Positions 11,580 to 26,667 of a DNA stretch of 64,000 nucleotides are shown piece after piece (the first letter of the stretch is position 1; each line of letters begins with the position of its first letter). Origin of the DNA: Eledone cirrhosa (Eukaryota). The notes under the pieces are model-generated. The model saw nothing but the letters and a program-made list of their open reading frames with translations, was not told where the DNA came from and made no database searches. The stretch spans positions 155,620,001 through 155,684,000 of the forward strand of contig OZ024742.1 of NCBI GenBank assembly GCA_964016885.1, read 5' to 3'. The translations under genes and the position numbers were made by a program.

Positions 11580-13100
11580 CATTTTCGGGAAAACGTAAAA
11601 AACAAAAAGTATTCTTGGCGGGATGTGACTCCCACATTGAAATTTTCCGACATAGCAACATTTATCAGAACAAAAATACTAGAGCAACATCGATACCATA
11701 CTCCTGCATAATCTTCCACAATAGGTCCCGTGGAACGCAGAACTATGTCTTTTTCATGGTTCTTAATGGAAGAATACACCTCTTAACACTATTGTCACGA
11801 TTTCTCAAAGACCTACTTCAGTGTGAATATTTGGTCGACGATCGGGGAAAACCACACTATTCATCAGGTAGCTTGGACTCGAATATCTACCTGCATCTTT
11901 ATGCGAGACACGTAGCATAAACTAAGCATTATAATGAGATCCCTCTATAATGGGGGCAATCTCTTATGCCGTTTTTTTTTGTTTTTTTTTGTATTTAATT
12001 GGGATTGTCATGCTATTTAAGCCTTTTAACATCTCGGCCCATATTACAACCACCTCAGTGGCCTTGTCATATTGGAGCACATTAATTCCTCTTGTAACCT
12101 CCACCTTCGAAAACTTACTCATATTTCCCAGATGCACCTCGTTTACAAGGTACTGTTGTGACCGACTTTAGGTGATTGGCAACGTATTATCTCCAGCTCC
12201 TGTCTCAACGGAGAATAGCCCAGACGCATTACTGGTAACAGCTGTGGAAGAAACCGTTGTATTAGGAAATCAGCAGATATTTTGCAAGAACACGTTATTT
12301 GCTAAGCAGAAGTGGAGTTTCAGCTTGCACACACATGTCTCCCATGCTTTAACTTTGGACGCCTTTACTAATTCTGCTGCGAATTTTCGCGCCTGCTTGT
12401 AGCGCAAGAAGAAAGACTTATGTGAAAACCAGGCTTTGTCGGCCTCATTTGGATTGAATCTTTGACCACTTGAAATGATCCTCCCGGAAACCGGTGGCAC
12501 CCCAAACTACTCTCACCCACAACATTTAACAGCTGATGCAAAAATTGCCAAAATGAAAAGTCTCCACTCTGTTTCAACGTCTTCAGTTTGCGCGAGGAGT
12601 TTTCTGAATTTGGATGCAAAATTGTCTGCATAGCTGCTCGTGACCTCCTTATACTACTGTATTTCCCAATTTACCCTACAGGTCGACCCGGATTTGCGAT
12701 AAATTTTGACTTCATTGACTTTAACTGATTTCAACTTGCAGATTACTGGATTATGATCAGGTGCCAATTCAGGCCTTTCTTTACACGAACAACTAGCACA
12801 TAATTGAAGAGACAATAACAAAGACAATTACAAACCTCTTCCCTTGATTTCCTATCAACCAAGTATATTTTTGGATGCTTTTATGCTGCAAGAAGGTGTT
12901 TATTATAAATAGTCCATTACTAGAACAGAAGTCTAATTAGGTCCCTCCGGTCATATTTTGATCGAGATCGCCGGCTCTTCGGATCATTCCTTTCCATGTC
13001 AGTTGATCAACGCTAACATGTGCACTGAGGTCTGACATTGGATTATATATCTCTACATCTAACACTGTAGTGACATCATCAATGAAGGTCTGTATTCAAA
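11580..13100 (-). mobile_element. RTE-clade LINE relic (end of APE, linker, start of RT)
   Basis: PDHNPVICKL, RYKQARKFAAELVKASKVKAWE and VPRDLLWKIMQEYGI; colinear with 9405-9680. Confidence 0.7.
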
Positions 13101-13339
13101 CATTTTGTTTGGTGCATAAACTTGCACCTCTCACAGAGTCCTACCTTTCATCTAAAACGTCAAAAAGCAAATAGTCCCTCAGAACGGGATCCAATTCATA
13201 ACCTATTCTAACAGCTTGAAAACTGTGCAGTCAGGTCTAAATGACAAAATCTTAGGTTAATTTATCTCAGAAATTGTTGCTCGTTACTCGAGTTATATCG
13301 GTGTGAAATATCAATAGATGCATGCATACGTATACAGAC

Positions 13340-13640
<301 letters not shown>

Positions 13641-13906
13641 GCTAGCGACCGTAAAGTAAAAATAGAAGCAGTACAGACGTATATTGAAATCTTTTTTTTT
13701 TTCTTTAATCCGTCAAAGTATTATTAAAGTAAAACACTTTGACAGAATAAAGAAAAAACAAAAACATTTAAATATACATCTATGCATTTACGATTCTTAC
13801 ATTTTTCTATAACCCTAGTTTTGTATAGAAACTTACCCCCAATATATATATATATATATATATGACTATTTTGAGTTTCTAACTTCTAACTCAATCTAAC
13901 TCAATC

Positions 13907-13940
<34 letters not shown>

Positions 13941-14120
13941 TAGTGAAAAATTATACGGGAACAAAACAGAGAGGCAGACAAATAAAGGTTTATTTTGTTC
14001 ACGCTTTTGAGAGTGTATATATATATATATATATATCATAGATTGAGTTAGAAGTTTGAAACTCAAAATAGTCATATTCTCCTTGGTTATGTCAACATTT
14101 ATAAAACACACTTCGTATTT

Positions 14121-14216
14121 TATCTGCTGATAGCGTACAAAAATGTTGGTACCCTTGAACTATATATAATAGGATAAATATGGTTTTATAAATATAGTTT
14201 CCTTTTATTTAATATC
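14121..14216 (+). mobile_element. Decayed HHR-bearing PLE terminal repeat (same family as 26610)
   Basis: tat-CTGCTGA..gtac..gtac..GAAC-tatata-TA-ata followed by ataaatatggttttataaatatagtttcc, shared with about 26669-26711. Confidence 0.6.
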
Positions 14217-14312
14217 ATTGTATATTATACCCCAGAAACCTTGTAGAGTGTTCTGTGTCAGTTATAAACATTTATATTTGTTCAATTACCAACACATTGA
14301 ATATCCTTTCTG

Positions 14313-14380
<68 letters not shown>

Positions 14381-15137
14381 AATGGCTTCTGCAGGACTAG
14401 TACTGTTTCATTCGGGAGAAAGATATATATATATATATATGGGTATGTGTGTGTGTATGTGTGTGTGGGCATTTATGTGTGATCGTGTTTGATCGTGTGG
14501 GAATGTGTGTCCCGTGTCGAATTTAAGCGTATAAATTTGTTGTTGCAGTTGATGTTTTATCAACTTGATATTTGAAACACAAGTTTGCAGGGTACTTCGT
14601 TATTATCTGTCTAAGTTAGAATCTGATATGGTAGTAATTAGATACCATATCATTGATATAAGGCAATTAATTGAACGGTGAATTTGATAATTTACAGTCA
14701 GAGTATTTTTTCTTGGTCCGATGATATTAATTTTGGATTTGTCGTTATTAAAGCAATAAATAATCTAAAATAGATGAAATAAACAATAAAACATTAAACA
14801 ACAAATATACAAATATGAATTCATTTGAAACAGATTTTTTTTTTTTCGTTGTATTTGGTGTTGTTGTTAATAACATTTAACCTGATGATATTTTCTTCAT
14901 ATAGTTATGTTGTTGTTTATGATGGAGATAATTATAATATTGATTGATAATGCTGATGGTGGCGGCGATGGTGATTATAGCAGGAATAGTAACGTGGGAA
15001 ATGATAATGATGAATATCGTGATGATAATGATCATAACCTTGGTGATCTTGATGATGATCATATACATCATGATGATGATGATGATGATGATTATTATAA
15101 GGACGATGATTATGATGACAATATTATTGATAATAAG

Positions 15138-15323
15138 TGTTTCTACTTTTGGCACAAGGCCAGCAAATACCCAGTGCATTACTGGTGCTTTAATTTATCG
15201 AGCCCGTAAAGCTGAAAGGCAAAGTTAACCTCGGAAGGATTTGAACTCAGAATGCCAAGGGCCGTAACTCTATACGTCAAAGCATGGCGTCCGACCCTCT
15301 ACCGATCCTGCCAATCCACCGCC
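15138..15323 (-). mobile_element. tRNA/Nin-like SINE
   Basis: Full-length reverse complement of the 5873 family. Confidence 0.85.
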
Positions 15324-16882
15324 GATGATAAAAAGGATAATGACGTTTGTTAGCAAGTGAATTACGTCGATTAATGAGAGTATATCTGTTGAAAATTTCA
15401 AAATATAACGCACTAATATGCGACATAATGATAAAAATAAATCATTCATTTTGGAAATATGAAAAAAGATTGCTGTTAACCACAGCATATTTTGAGTTAC
15501 TTCAATATATCTTATCTAGAACTGTTGTCATTATTATGCAACCCCACGTCAACATTAATTGAGTAGACGCTGCTTGTTGTTTCATTCGACTATCTTTGAT
15601 CTATACAGCAGGAGCTACATATTAACAATGCCACAACCTATGAAAGAAATGTTCTCAATATGTCAACATGTTGTCGTTTTCCATACACTGCAAACTAGTT
15701 CATTTTATTTCTCAGACTGGTTGGTTATGGTGGTTGTTTTGACTCTACTAGAGTGGTAGATTTTAAATTATTTTACATTCATTATTATTATTATTTTTAG
15801 TTTTATTAGTTTGTTTATAATATACATGCTCTCGAAAGCCATTGAGATCGACCAGGATAATATTGAATATTTGCACACTGACGATTAATGAGCAAATAAT
15901 GATAAGACGGCCAATTACATAATGTCTAAGTTATGGGGAATTATATATTCTACGTCGACAAAGAAAAAAAAATGTTGCCCTGTTTAATAAGATTATAAAA
16001 TAAGCATAATTATATAAAGTTGTTATATCACACTCACATTTGTGTACCATGTGTAGCAACAATTAAAGAAGATCCTTGATGCCCGATTTTTAATGTATTT
16101 CGTTGAGGTGCGTAATCTGCAGGTTTGATTTCTGAAGACGTGGTAGCTGTATATTTAATTTATGAATGTATTTTATTGTTTTGTTCATTATTAACCGTAT
16201 GCAAAGAGAGAAGGACAACATAAAAAAATACCTTGCAATTTTAAATACATACATATACGTTGTAAATTCAAATCCTGCTGCGATTTGAGTATATATCAGT
16301 CACGTTCTTTAGCAGATTCTACATGTGTGCGTTTGCGTTCCAGCTAGAAATTATTATCATATTATCACAGAAGAATTGTAAGGGAAGTGAGATAGGATTT
16401 AGTTAAAGCTTGTTTCATTGTCAGTTCAAACAGCATCTAGATGAGATTTTCTTTTACAAATCTCCGGCGTTGATAATAAATTGATATTTGGAGTTTATTA
16501 AATCTTCTGTGCCCACTCCTCAATCTTTCTTGAGCTACAGCAATTTAAAGAAATATGATTATGTGACAGCCTATCATGCAGTCTGGAAATTTAACTGCCT
16601 GAGCTTTTCAAAGAGAAAATGTACTAATTAGATTCACACTCACATGATATTTGAATCGGCTTATACTTTGGATACAGAAGCTTCGACTTCAAAAGAGACC
16701 ACACATCTTTTCAATTTTACATTAAATTTTATACTCTAGTTTTGACACAATCACATGCACGGAAGTATGTCTGTACATATGTATGTATGTATGCATATAT
16801 GTGTGTATGTATTTACGTATGTAATGCATATGTATTTGTAGATATACATGTTCTTTGTATGAATGGCGATTGCTGGAGGGTG

Positions 16883-16922
<40 letters not shown>

Positions 16923-16923
16923 C

Positions 16924-17027
<104 letters not shown>

Positions 17028-17314
17028 AATGATATTTAAAATACCATAGTACTTAAAACATTCATATATGAACTGCGTAAGCACTGAACAAACTGTTTTA
17101 GGAATGTTAATTCGACTTCCTCCGTCAAAGACTGGTAGTGACTTCGAATTATAGGAAGTTTTAGTTTGCTTAAACTATAGAGGTCTAATTAGATGAATAT
17201 ATTATCAATTGTTATTATGATGTATGATTATTGCAGTATTTCGCCAGCTTTAGCTTTCAGTAATCAGTAGTGGGGGTAGATCTGTATGCCAAACTCCCTA
17301 CATTTAATTCAGCG

Positions 17315-17683
17315 AAAACAAGCGGATGAAAAGGGGTTCCTCCGAAGGGTCTTTGGAATAACGTTACTCGATAGAGTGCGTAGACCGGAGATCAAAGAAT
17401 CACTCAAGTTAGTGCCGCTACTTCTCCGAATTTACACATCACAGTTCCGATACTATGGACATGTGGTTAGAATTTATCAGGAAAGAATCGCTGGACAGAT
17501 TCTACGAGCAAACCAAACCGGCAAGAAACCCTGGGGTAGACACCGAGCAAAATGTTTGAATAAAATCCATGAGCTTGCTTTGTCAAGTGTGGGGATCTAG
17601 CCTGTTGCTTCTGACAGGACCCAATAGAAGAAGAAGAAGAAGAAGAAGAAGAAGAAGAAGAAGAAGAAGAAGAAGAAGAAGAA
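17315..17683 (+). mobile_element. RTE-clade LINE 3' end with (AAG)n tail
   Basis: QADEKGFLRRVFGITLLDRVR..PLLLRI..SQFRYYGHVVR..TGKKPWGR, then (aga)n. Confidence 0.85.
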
Positions 17684-18116
17684 TTGTTTCATCACTAGGT
17701 TTGTTTCATCACACCTCATATGAACTCTGCTTTTACACTAGTCCTGTATTATGCGGGTTCAGTAGAGGAAACTTGTCTTTAACCACCTGAACTAATGCTC
17801 ACTGCTAAGGTCAATGAACCTTATCAAATAACTGCATAATTTAAAGTAATTCAACGAGGCTACACTACGTAATTTACCTCAGCCCGAAGCTGTAATAAAT
17901 AACTGTAAGAATGAATAGGCATCACACTCTAGTTATGTGTGTATATGCGTGCATATAGACATATAAATATAGATGAATGGGTCGGTATGTTCGGTGAAAA
18001 TATTACAGATTCCTTTATTCACAAAACTCTGATATTTCAATGACAATCGTGACTACGTTATTGTTCAATCATGTGATCGGACACACCATCTAATTTGGTA
18101 TCATCGTTATATAATA

Positions 18117-18302
18117 ATTGTTTCTACTTTTGGCACAAGGCCAGGAATTACCCAGTACATTACTGGTACTTTATATTATCGACCCCGTAAGGATGAAAGG
18201 CAAAGTTGACCTCGGCGGGATTTGAACTCATAATGGAAAGGGCCGTAACTATATGCGTCAACGCATAACGTCCGACCCTCTACCGATACTGCCAATCCAC
18301 CG
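18117..18302 (-). mobile_element. tRNA/Nin-like SINE
   Basis: Full-length family copy. Confidence 0.85.
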
Positions 18303-18807
18303 TTATATAATAATGGTACGTTTTCTAGGCAATCCTATCTAAAGATGATGCGTTCAAAGCTGATGGTATTTGAACAATCTGGTAGCCATGATCATCTTTG
18401 AAATATGTATCATAAGTTTCGTAATAAAATAGTCATTAACATCACACGGAACATCGCATTTTCCTTATTCTACATGTACTCCATCGCAGACTGACAAATC
18501 ATTAGAAGAAAGAATATGACGTTGAGTGCTTCATTCGAATTACATCATTATTTTCGATTAGTGCGTTGCATACGCAAACCTGGTTGATTTGCATGATATA
18601 TACGCCTTTCTGGTTGATTGCATGATATATAAGCCTTTCTGATATGGAAATCGATTAAAGATGTTTATCAGTGTTTTTCAATGTTCTGATATGTTTCAAT
18701 GCCTACATATTAGACATGTGCATATAGTTATACACGTTGGTGCAGTCTCTGTTACATACTCTGCATTTATATAGATATAGCTTTATCATACACTTTGCTT
18801 GCTCACC

Positions 18808-18908
<101 letters not shown>

Positions 18909-19200
18909 TAGTGTGTGTGCATGTACATATATATTTTCTAAAACTTATGATAGAGAAATAGCTTCAGATGGATTTGACTATTCTTCATTTCCTTTAAAAT
19001 GAATCGAGTCGATGCTTAATTTTTATTCCATTTTTACTCTTTACATTTTCTACAAACTTCGTATGCTATATATACTTAAGTTATGTTTAGTGTAATAGAA
19101 TCTACCATACAGAATATTACATACAGCAAAAGAATGCTAATATTTACAAGTACTACATATGAATAAGTTTAAATGTTTATTCTGCATGCATTGCATAATG

Positions 19201-19255
19201 TTATCTGATGAAGGGAATAGATTTTTCTTGATATGTCACGAAAAATATAGAATAA
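19201..19255 (+). ncRNA. Decayed minimal hammerhead motif
   Basis: tat-CTGATGA-aggga..atatgtcac-GAAA-aata-TA; stem II eroded. Confidence 0.4.
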
Positions 19256-19397
19256 TCATATTTCCTCGGTTGAAATATAATTTAGAATTAGATTAGATTA
19301 AATGTTTTATATGATTATACATATATCTATTTATCTATCAATCTATCTAACTAGTTGTCTGTCTATCTATCTATACATCTGTCTCCCTTTGTCTCTG

Positions 19398-19492
<95 letters not shown>

Positions 19493-19504
19493 ATATATAC
19501 ATAC

Positions 19505-19544
<40 letters not shown>

Positions 19545-19566
19545 CTCTATCTATCTATCTATCTAT

Positions 19567-22500
19567 GTCGTAGAAGATAGACGTGTTTTTGTTTCGATCC
19601 TGCATTTTGTCGGAATTTATTATGAGAAGCGGTAGGTCTGTTTAAGTAATTGGTTATTTGTTGTGTTTAACCCCTCGCCTGGGCCTGCAGACGTTGGGTA
19701 AAATAAATATACCCTTCATACAGAAAGGGAAACTGTATGAAATCATATCTGTTTTAATGCAAGATGAATTGACGGCACGGAAATATTCTGTGTCGCAAAT
19801 TGTATCCAAAGCATACACATTTTCCCTCACATATTTGGCGAAAAGAACTCAAAAGATAAGAATCTTGGGCATCAGGCCAAATGCGAGCATTTGGTGGGTG
19901 CTAACGGTATTCTTAGATGAGCGAATCCACCGGGGGTGTATTCGGCGGCAATAGCCTTGAAGTTCTGGTCCAAATGTGACCAGAACGGATAGCAAGACTA
20001 CCGCAGCGTGTGTCCCTGGATGGAGTCGCCTTCATAAACATTTCTGTTGAGGGCAGGCGGCCTTCATGCTACCACTGTTCAAGAAGTGGTCACCTCAGGG
20101 CTTCCTTCCCCTTTTAAATACGCCCCCCAAAAAGACGCTTCTGCCCACCCCACACACAACAACACAGACACCACCACGACCACCACCACAACAGTAACAC
20201 GAACAAATAAAAACACAAGACACTGTCCCACCGAATCCCTCCCCACCTAAAATAAATACAAAATCAACCACAACAAAACGCCAAAATATACCCCTCCCCA
20301 GCAACACGGACGAGGACCCTATATCAACGTCAGCCAGTGACGACGAGGGAGAAACACTTTTAACCTGTAAAAAGAAAGAAAAGAAGGCACCATATTAACA
20401 AAAATACAACAAACACACAACCACCAGCACAAACATCACAAACATCACAAACAAAAAACCCACCCCTCCCGAAAACATAACACATACTACAAAACGCAAA
20501 CACACACAAGAACAACAAACAAAAACAAACACAACACAACAAAAACAGTATACATACATCAACACAAACTACAAAACACTTGTGCAAAAAACAGACAAAG
20601 ACCCTTCGGTGGAAACCGAAGGGAAAATGTTCGCCAACGCGGCGACTAAACCGCATTTAAAAATGATTAGGGTCCCATGGGACATCTGTGCAATGCTCAA
20701 ACAGAACTTTCCCGAGGACGTGGGGAACCCCTGTAGTAGACCTAGCAACCGCGTCCTCTTGAAATGTTTCACCACCACCACCCCAGACACCTCTCCCCAC
20801 GAAACACCTCCACTACACACACACTGATGTCCCCACCACATCCTAAACCACCACCCCACCAGACAACCCCGCCGACACCCCCATTGAAATTGTGCAGCCT
20901 GGTCCCCAGGAGAAGGGCAGGTAGGTGTATTTTCCTTTTTCTCCACTCTAAACTCTTCACCACCAACATGGCTGTTATAAGAGTTGGATGTTTAAATGTG
21001 CGTGGCCTGGGGATGTCCTGGAAGCACAGAATGGATGTGATAGCTATTTGCGAGTCCAGGATCAGCAGCGAGCACCAACTGGCCACCATCTTCGACGACT
21101 TTGAGATATATGCATCTATCTGTCAGCCGGTGGGTGGGGCCGGGTGGTCGTTCTGCTGCGAAAACACCTGGGCCTCGCAACACGGGAGGTACACCTGGAT
21201 CCGAAGGGTCGACTGCTGATTCTAGACGAAGGCAGTAGTGAAGGTGGAGCCTTCAGGCTGGTGGCAGCGTATTGCCCATCTGGTACACTGCGACCGGACT
21301 TCTTCCAACGCCTAGAGACTTTTCTGGGAACGTCTCGCTCCTTGCTTTTAGTGGGGGACTGTAATGGTATCCTGGATGCACGTTGGGACTATGTAGGGGT
21401 ATGTCCCTATAAAGGGGGGTGTAACAGCCTCAAACGGTTAATCGGCCGATTTGATCTGGCCGATAGATATCGACTAGATTTTCCGACCGTGCCACTGTGG
21501 ACGTGGACTAATCGGGGCGGAACATCTAGATCGTACCTAGAAAGGTCCCTAGTTAGAAATGAGGATAGGGATATATTAAGCTGTCCACGAATGTTCATGG
21601 TTGAATATTCGGATCACAAGTTGGTGACCGGGGTGGTCAACCTTGATAGAACCCATAGACAAGGAGCCGGTTACTGGAAGCTAACATTCTCATTACCGAC
21701 AAACAAAGCTTACAGTAAACGGATTAGCACTCTAGTTAAGCAGCGGTTGACGGGGGCAATTGTCAAAAGCAGGTGGTGGGGCGCTCTCAAGAGAGAAATT
21801 AGAATAGAATCGATATGTTTAGTCAGGAATTAGCATCAGATAGGAATAGAACTAAAAGGGTATTGATAGATAGAGTAGAAGAGGCGATTAGGAGGGGAAA
21901 CGAGGCCGGCGTGTTGGCGTCAAGAAGGGGCCTAGACCAGTTCCTTGACGCGAAGCACGAGGGCTGTGTTGTCAGCAGTAAAATACGTGCTCTGGGTAAC
22001 GAGGGAGCCAAAGATGTTAGCTGGGCCCGAGTGACAGAGACAGAAAGTGGAAACAAGTACACGATTCGGTCTTTAAAGGACCAGGATGGACGCGTGATCC
22101 TATAACCTGAGCGGATGTGCGCGGCCCTTCAACGGCGCTTTGCACGACTGTCCGGGAGGGGCGACGGGCCGGGTGAGGCCTTGGATTTCGGTTCATACCT
22201 CGATGGTCTGCCACGGATCTCGGACGGGGAGGCGAATCCCGCGAAAGGCCGATTTCAGCCGCTGAAATAGGGGAAGCGCTGAGCCTATAAGGCAAACGCA
22301 AATCTCCCGGTCTCGATGGTGTACCATACGAACTTTATGTAGCGACGCCTGACTTGTTCTCCAATCTCTTCGAGGCGATCTACTGCAACTGGCAACAGAA
22401 CGGTTGAATTCCCAGTTCTGTGACGAAGGGTGTAGTCACGCTGGAGAGGAAGGACGAGAACAAGGAGGATGACATAGATAACTTCAGGCCCATAACTCTG

Positions 22501-24566
22501 CTAAACACAGAGTTAAATATTTTGGCCGAGGTGTTAGCGAACAGGTTGGCGCTTGTCGTCGGGAACCTGGTGGCAGAAGCGAAGACATGCACAATCCCGT
22601 CCAGGTCCATACACGACAACCTCCACCTCATGCGATACATCGTAGAGAGGGTAGGGAAAGAACCCGGCTTTGTGGGACCCTGATCAACTTGTATCAATCT
22701 AAGGCGTTCGATAGGTTCGACCATCGGGACCTGGATCCGGTGCTCGCGGTGGCAGGCTTCGGACCCGTTTTCAGGTGCTGGATTGCTGCAATGCACAGCA
22801 GCAACACCTGCTCGATGGTCAAGGTGAACGGCTACATCTTAGAGCCGTTCCAAATCGCGTGATCCATCGGACAGGGATGTCCTCTCTCCTCCCTTCTGTA
22901 TGCGCTGGCTCTCGAGCTACTACTGCTAAGTTGGAGCTGTTGCAAGGTATCCCCTTGGAACCGGGTTGCGGAAAGCGGTGTCGTCCTACGCCGATCACGT
23001 GACAGCAATGGTGGCGTACGCCTCGGAAATCGGGCAGATCGGCACCTTACTGGAGGAATACGAAAGGTTTACAGCTGAACCGGGACAAGTCCGTCGATTT
23101 GCAACTCGGAACGTGGACAGGCAAACCGATGCACTCCGGTGGCGTCGTCGGACGCTGGACGGAGGGACAGGCGAAGCTGCTCGGCGTATAGTTCGGACCG
23201 GACCTCCAGGTGGATAAAAACTGGGACGAGGTAACGGGCAGGTTGTTTGCATCCGTCCTGAAATGGGCCGAGTGCAAACTATCCCTGAAAGGTCGAGCGG
23301 AAGTGGCGACACTTATATAGCGTCCGTCATCTACTACCGCTTGACCGTCGTGCCTTGCCCAGCGAAAACGCTCGCCAAAATGGAGCACGCGCTCTTCCGA
23401 TTCCTTTGGAAGAAGCGGGCCCCTTTGGTGGGAAGATCCATCTGCTGTCAACAGCCTTCTTACGTAGGGCAGGGGATGCCGTGGCTGACGATGCGTAGAC
23501 ACGCATTAAGGCTACGGCAATTCCAGGTATTCCTCACCGACCAGCCGGTGTGGGCCCCTTTTGTGAGACGAGCCTTTCCGAAACTCGTCTCACTCACCGA
23601 GCTGCAATCCTGGGTCAAGCAAAGACCGAGACATGTGGGCGACTGGCACTTTGAATTTGCCCAGGCGCTCACGGCCTTCTGGCAAGCGGATCCGGCAATC
23701 AGTGGAGATTCAATCTCAACATTCTATAGAGGGTTGGTGCGCAACAAGTGCGACGACGTTCCCGGAGAGGCTCTGGGCATGAAGGAAGACGAGCTAGCCA
23801 GTCTGTTCGGTAGGACGTTGGGCTCGGAACCGATGGACAACTTCCAAAAGTCCTGGCTTGGCAGTGCTACCGAGGAGCTCTACAGACACGGGCGTCCGGG
23901 TAGGGACCCCTCGAAGACGATCTGTCCGAGATGGGTGCGTGACGAGGAAACCGTCGCGCAGGCATTCGTACACTGCCCGGCCATTGCTGACCTGTGGGGC
24001 TATGTGGAACGACTAATGTCGCGAGTGAGACCAATGCGGTTGACCACCGTGTCCATTGTCATGATCAAACCGCCTCCCACTTCAAAAGCGAAGGAGAGGC
24101 GGTTTTCCTCTGTGTGATAGCTATGGCGAAAGAGGTTGTATGGTGGACGAGATTGAAAGGGCTGAGGTCAGACACTTTTCTCTCCGGCCAACAACTGGTC
24201 CTATTTTTCAAGTACTACTTTAGAAGAAGGATCGGAATGGAGAGAGGTGCTCTACCCCAGCAAGTTTTATGAGAGATGGGTGAAAGTGGCGAGAATGGCC
24301 CGATTGAATGGGCCTTCTCTCTGTATCAGCCTGAAGGTGAGAGAGGAGGAGAAGGAGGAGAGGAAGGGAGCACCCGCTCTTTGTGCTCCTGAGGATGTGG
24401 GTTGCACATTTGTGTCAGGGGTGTGTGCGACCCACGTCACCCCCCCCCCTCCCTATTGACGATTTCGATTGTTGAATTTGATTTGTTATATGTTTTTACA
24501 CGTCCTTTGAAATGTATGTATTTGTCCCAATCTTTGATGCCCTGGTGGCAAATAAATATAAAGTTA
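19567..24566 (+). mobile_element. Near full-length Tx1/L1-clade LINE, inactivated
   Basis: ORF1 zinc knuckle CYHCSRSGHLRAS(F)P at about 20066. ORF2 APE (GCLNVRGL, LVGDCN, YSDHKLV, GYWKL), RT (NFRPITLLNTE, SKAFDR, QGCPL, SYADHVT) and C-terminal CPR..EETV..F.HCP. Ends aataaa; flanked by (TATC)n on both sides. Confidence 0.92.
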
Positions 24567-24757
24567 TCTCTCTATCTATCTATCTATCTATATCTATCTA
24601 TCGATCTCTCTCTCTATATATATGTACACACACTTGTGTGATTGAAATAGCATTTTGTAAACTTATAATTAAGATGCCGGGTACACTACAATACGTAAAT
24701 ATTTACGTATCTGTCACATTGAAAATCATTCATATTATACTTTATATATCATATATA

Positions 24758-24857
24758 ATTGTTTCTACTTTTGGAACAAAGCCAGCAATTAACAAGTGCA
24801 TTACTGGTACTTTGTTTTATCGACCCCGTAAGGATAAAAGGCAAAGATAACTCAGAA
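24758..24857 (-). mobile_element. SINE fragment
   Basis: 3' half of the family. Confidence 0.75.
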
Positions 24858-24949
24858 TATATAATGTATGTAAATATACACACATGTACAAAAGTACACA
24901 TACACAATCACACACACACAAAAAAATATATATACAGTATATATATATA

Positions 24950-25490
24950 AAGTTTAAAAAGCTAACCGTAATTCGTGTAGCCGTATATTGTTAATACATA
25001 TATGCAATCCAGATTGGCCACTCTCCGTTAATTAGAATATAAACGGCTTAATGTGGAAACATTTAATAGACCGCCAACTATTCATTGTAAACGACACCTC
25101 GTGTTTATACTAGTTTCATCAGCAAGTGCTACTCTCAGAAATCAAACAGTATTTCCAAATATTAATATTACGTAACTAGAATTGACGTAATATTTCATTA
25201 GCAGGAGTTCAGTCCTAAACCAAAAGGGACATTTTTTATCCGAGAGACATCTTAGTGATATTGATAGCAGTTCCTCAATGTGGCAGAATCACGTGACACA
25301 CAAAAGAGGTGGGCAATTATAATCAGCCGTTACTAGGTAAAACCTATTTGACAGCAAAAACATATATAATGTACAGGAGAGATTCCCAAATATTTTGAGC
25401 CAATGAAATCCTCCACATCCCTCACAGCCAATTAATACCATTAACACTCCACCGTCCCCTATTTCCAGAGAGACTACCAAACACGCAATT
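24950..25490 (-). mobile_element. PLE 3' relic: GIY-YIG remnant plus decayed HHR at 25103-25147
   Basis: VLIGCEGCGGF-IG..H..GLNSC*, then CTGA-GA-gtagc actt gctgat-GAAA-ctag-TA. Confidence 0.5.
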
Positions 25491-25497
25491 TCTAAAT

Positions 25498-25910
25498 AAT
25501 TGTTTCTACTTTTGGCACACGGCCAGCAAAGAACCAGTGCATTACTGGTACATTATTTTATCGACCCCGTAAGGATGAAAGACAAAGTTAACCTCAGCGG
25601 GATTCGAACTCAGAATGGCAAGGGCCGTAACTCTATGCGTCAAAGCATGGCGTCCGAACCTCTACCGATACAGCCAATCCACGATACACGATAAAAAAAC
25701 AATCGTTAATTTATATATAATAAATGTTTCTACTTTTGGCACAAGGCCAGCAATTACCCAGTGCATTACTGGTACTTTATTTTATCGACCCCGTAAGGAT
25801 GAAAGACAAAGCTAACCTCGGCAGAATTTGAAGTCAGATCAGAAAGGGGCGTAACTCTTTGCTACAAAGCATGTTGTCCGACCCTCTACCGATAGTGCCA
25901 AGCCACCACC
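25498..25910 (-). mobile_element. Two adjacent SINE copies (25498-25683 and 25724-25910)
   Basis: Family sequence read twice. Confidence 0.85.
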
Positions 25911-25944
25911 CTATGTATAAGTAAAAAGCACATATATTTTGTTT

Positions 25945-26142
<198 letters not shown>

Positions 26143-26359
26143 TTTGATATTTAATATAATATTATATCATCTCTACCACCGCCATAGACCCCAACGTCCC
26201 CTGGACTCTATCAAGGCACCCCGATCGGCGGTAGCAGCCGCTTTTAGAACATTTGATGTACAGTGTATAAATTGATTATTAATATGGCGCGTACCCATTA
26301 TACGATGAGTCGGTATTTACATATCAATAAAATTAAAACCCTTCGTAGTATACATTATA

Positions 26360-26433
<74 letters not shown>

Positions 26434-26609
26434 TTTCGTTGCATGCATTTCTTCTTTCTCTTCGCTTTCTTTCTTTCTTTTTTTTTTTTTTCTTTTTTTT
26501 CTCTATAACTGTCCCTAACATTTTTCACTACCAAATCAACTTTTTAAATGGAAGTTGAAGTGTAAGGTATGTCAAATCTATCTATTTATAAGACTGTTTA
26601 TATTGTATT

Positions 26610-26667
26610 TTGTCTGATGAAGGCATACCATATTTTTAATATGATATCCCTGAAATATATATAATGA
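26610..26667 (+). ncRNA. Minimal type I hammerhead ribozyme
   Basis: ttgt-CTGATGA-aggcataccatatt ttt aatatgatatccct-GAAA-tatata-TA-atga. Confidence 0.7.

Noticed and set aside
14877-15228. Asp- or Ile-rich ORFs
   Set aside because: (GAT)n low-complexity tract running into a SINE.
17112-17160. HHR-like acttcc..ggaagt
   Set aside because: Core too degenerate to call.
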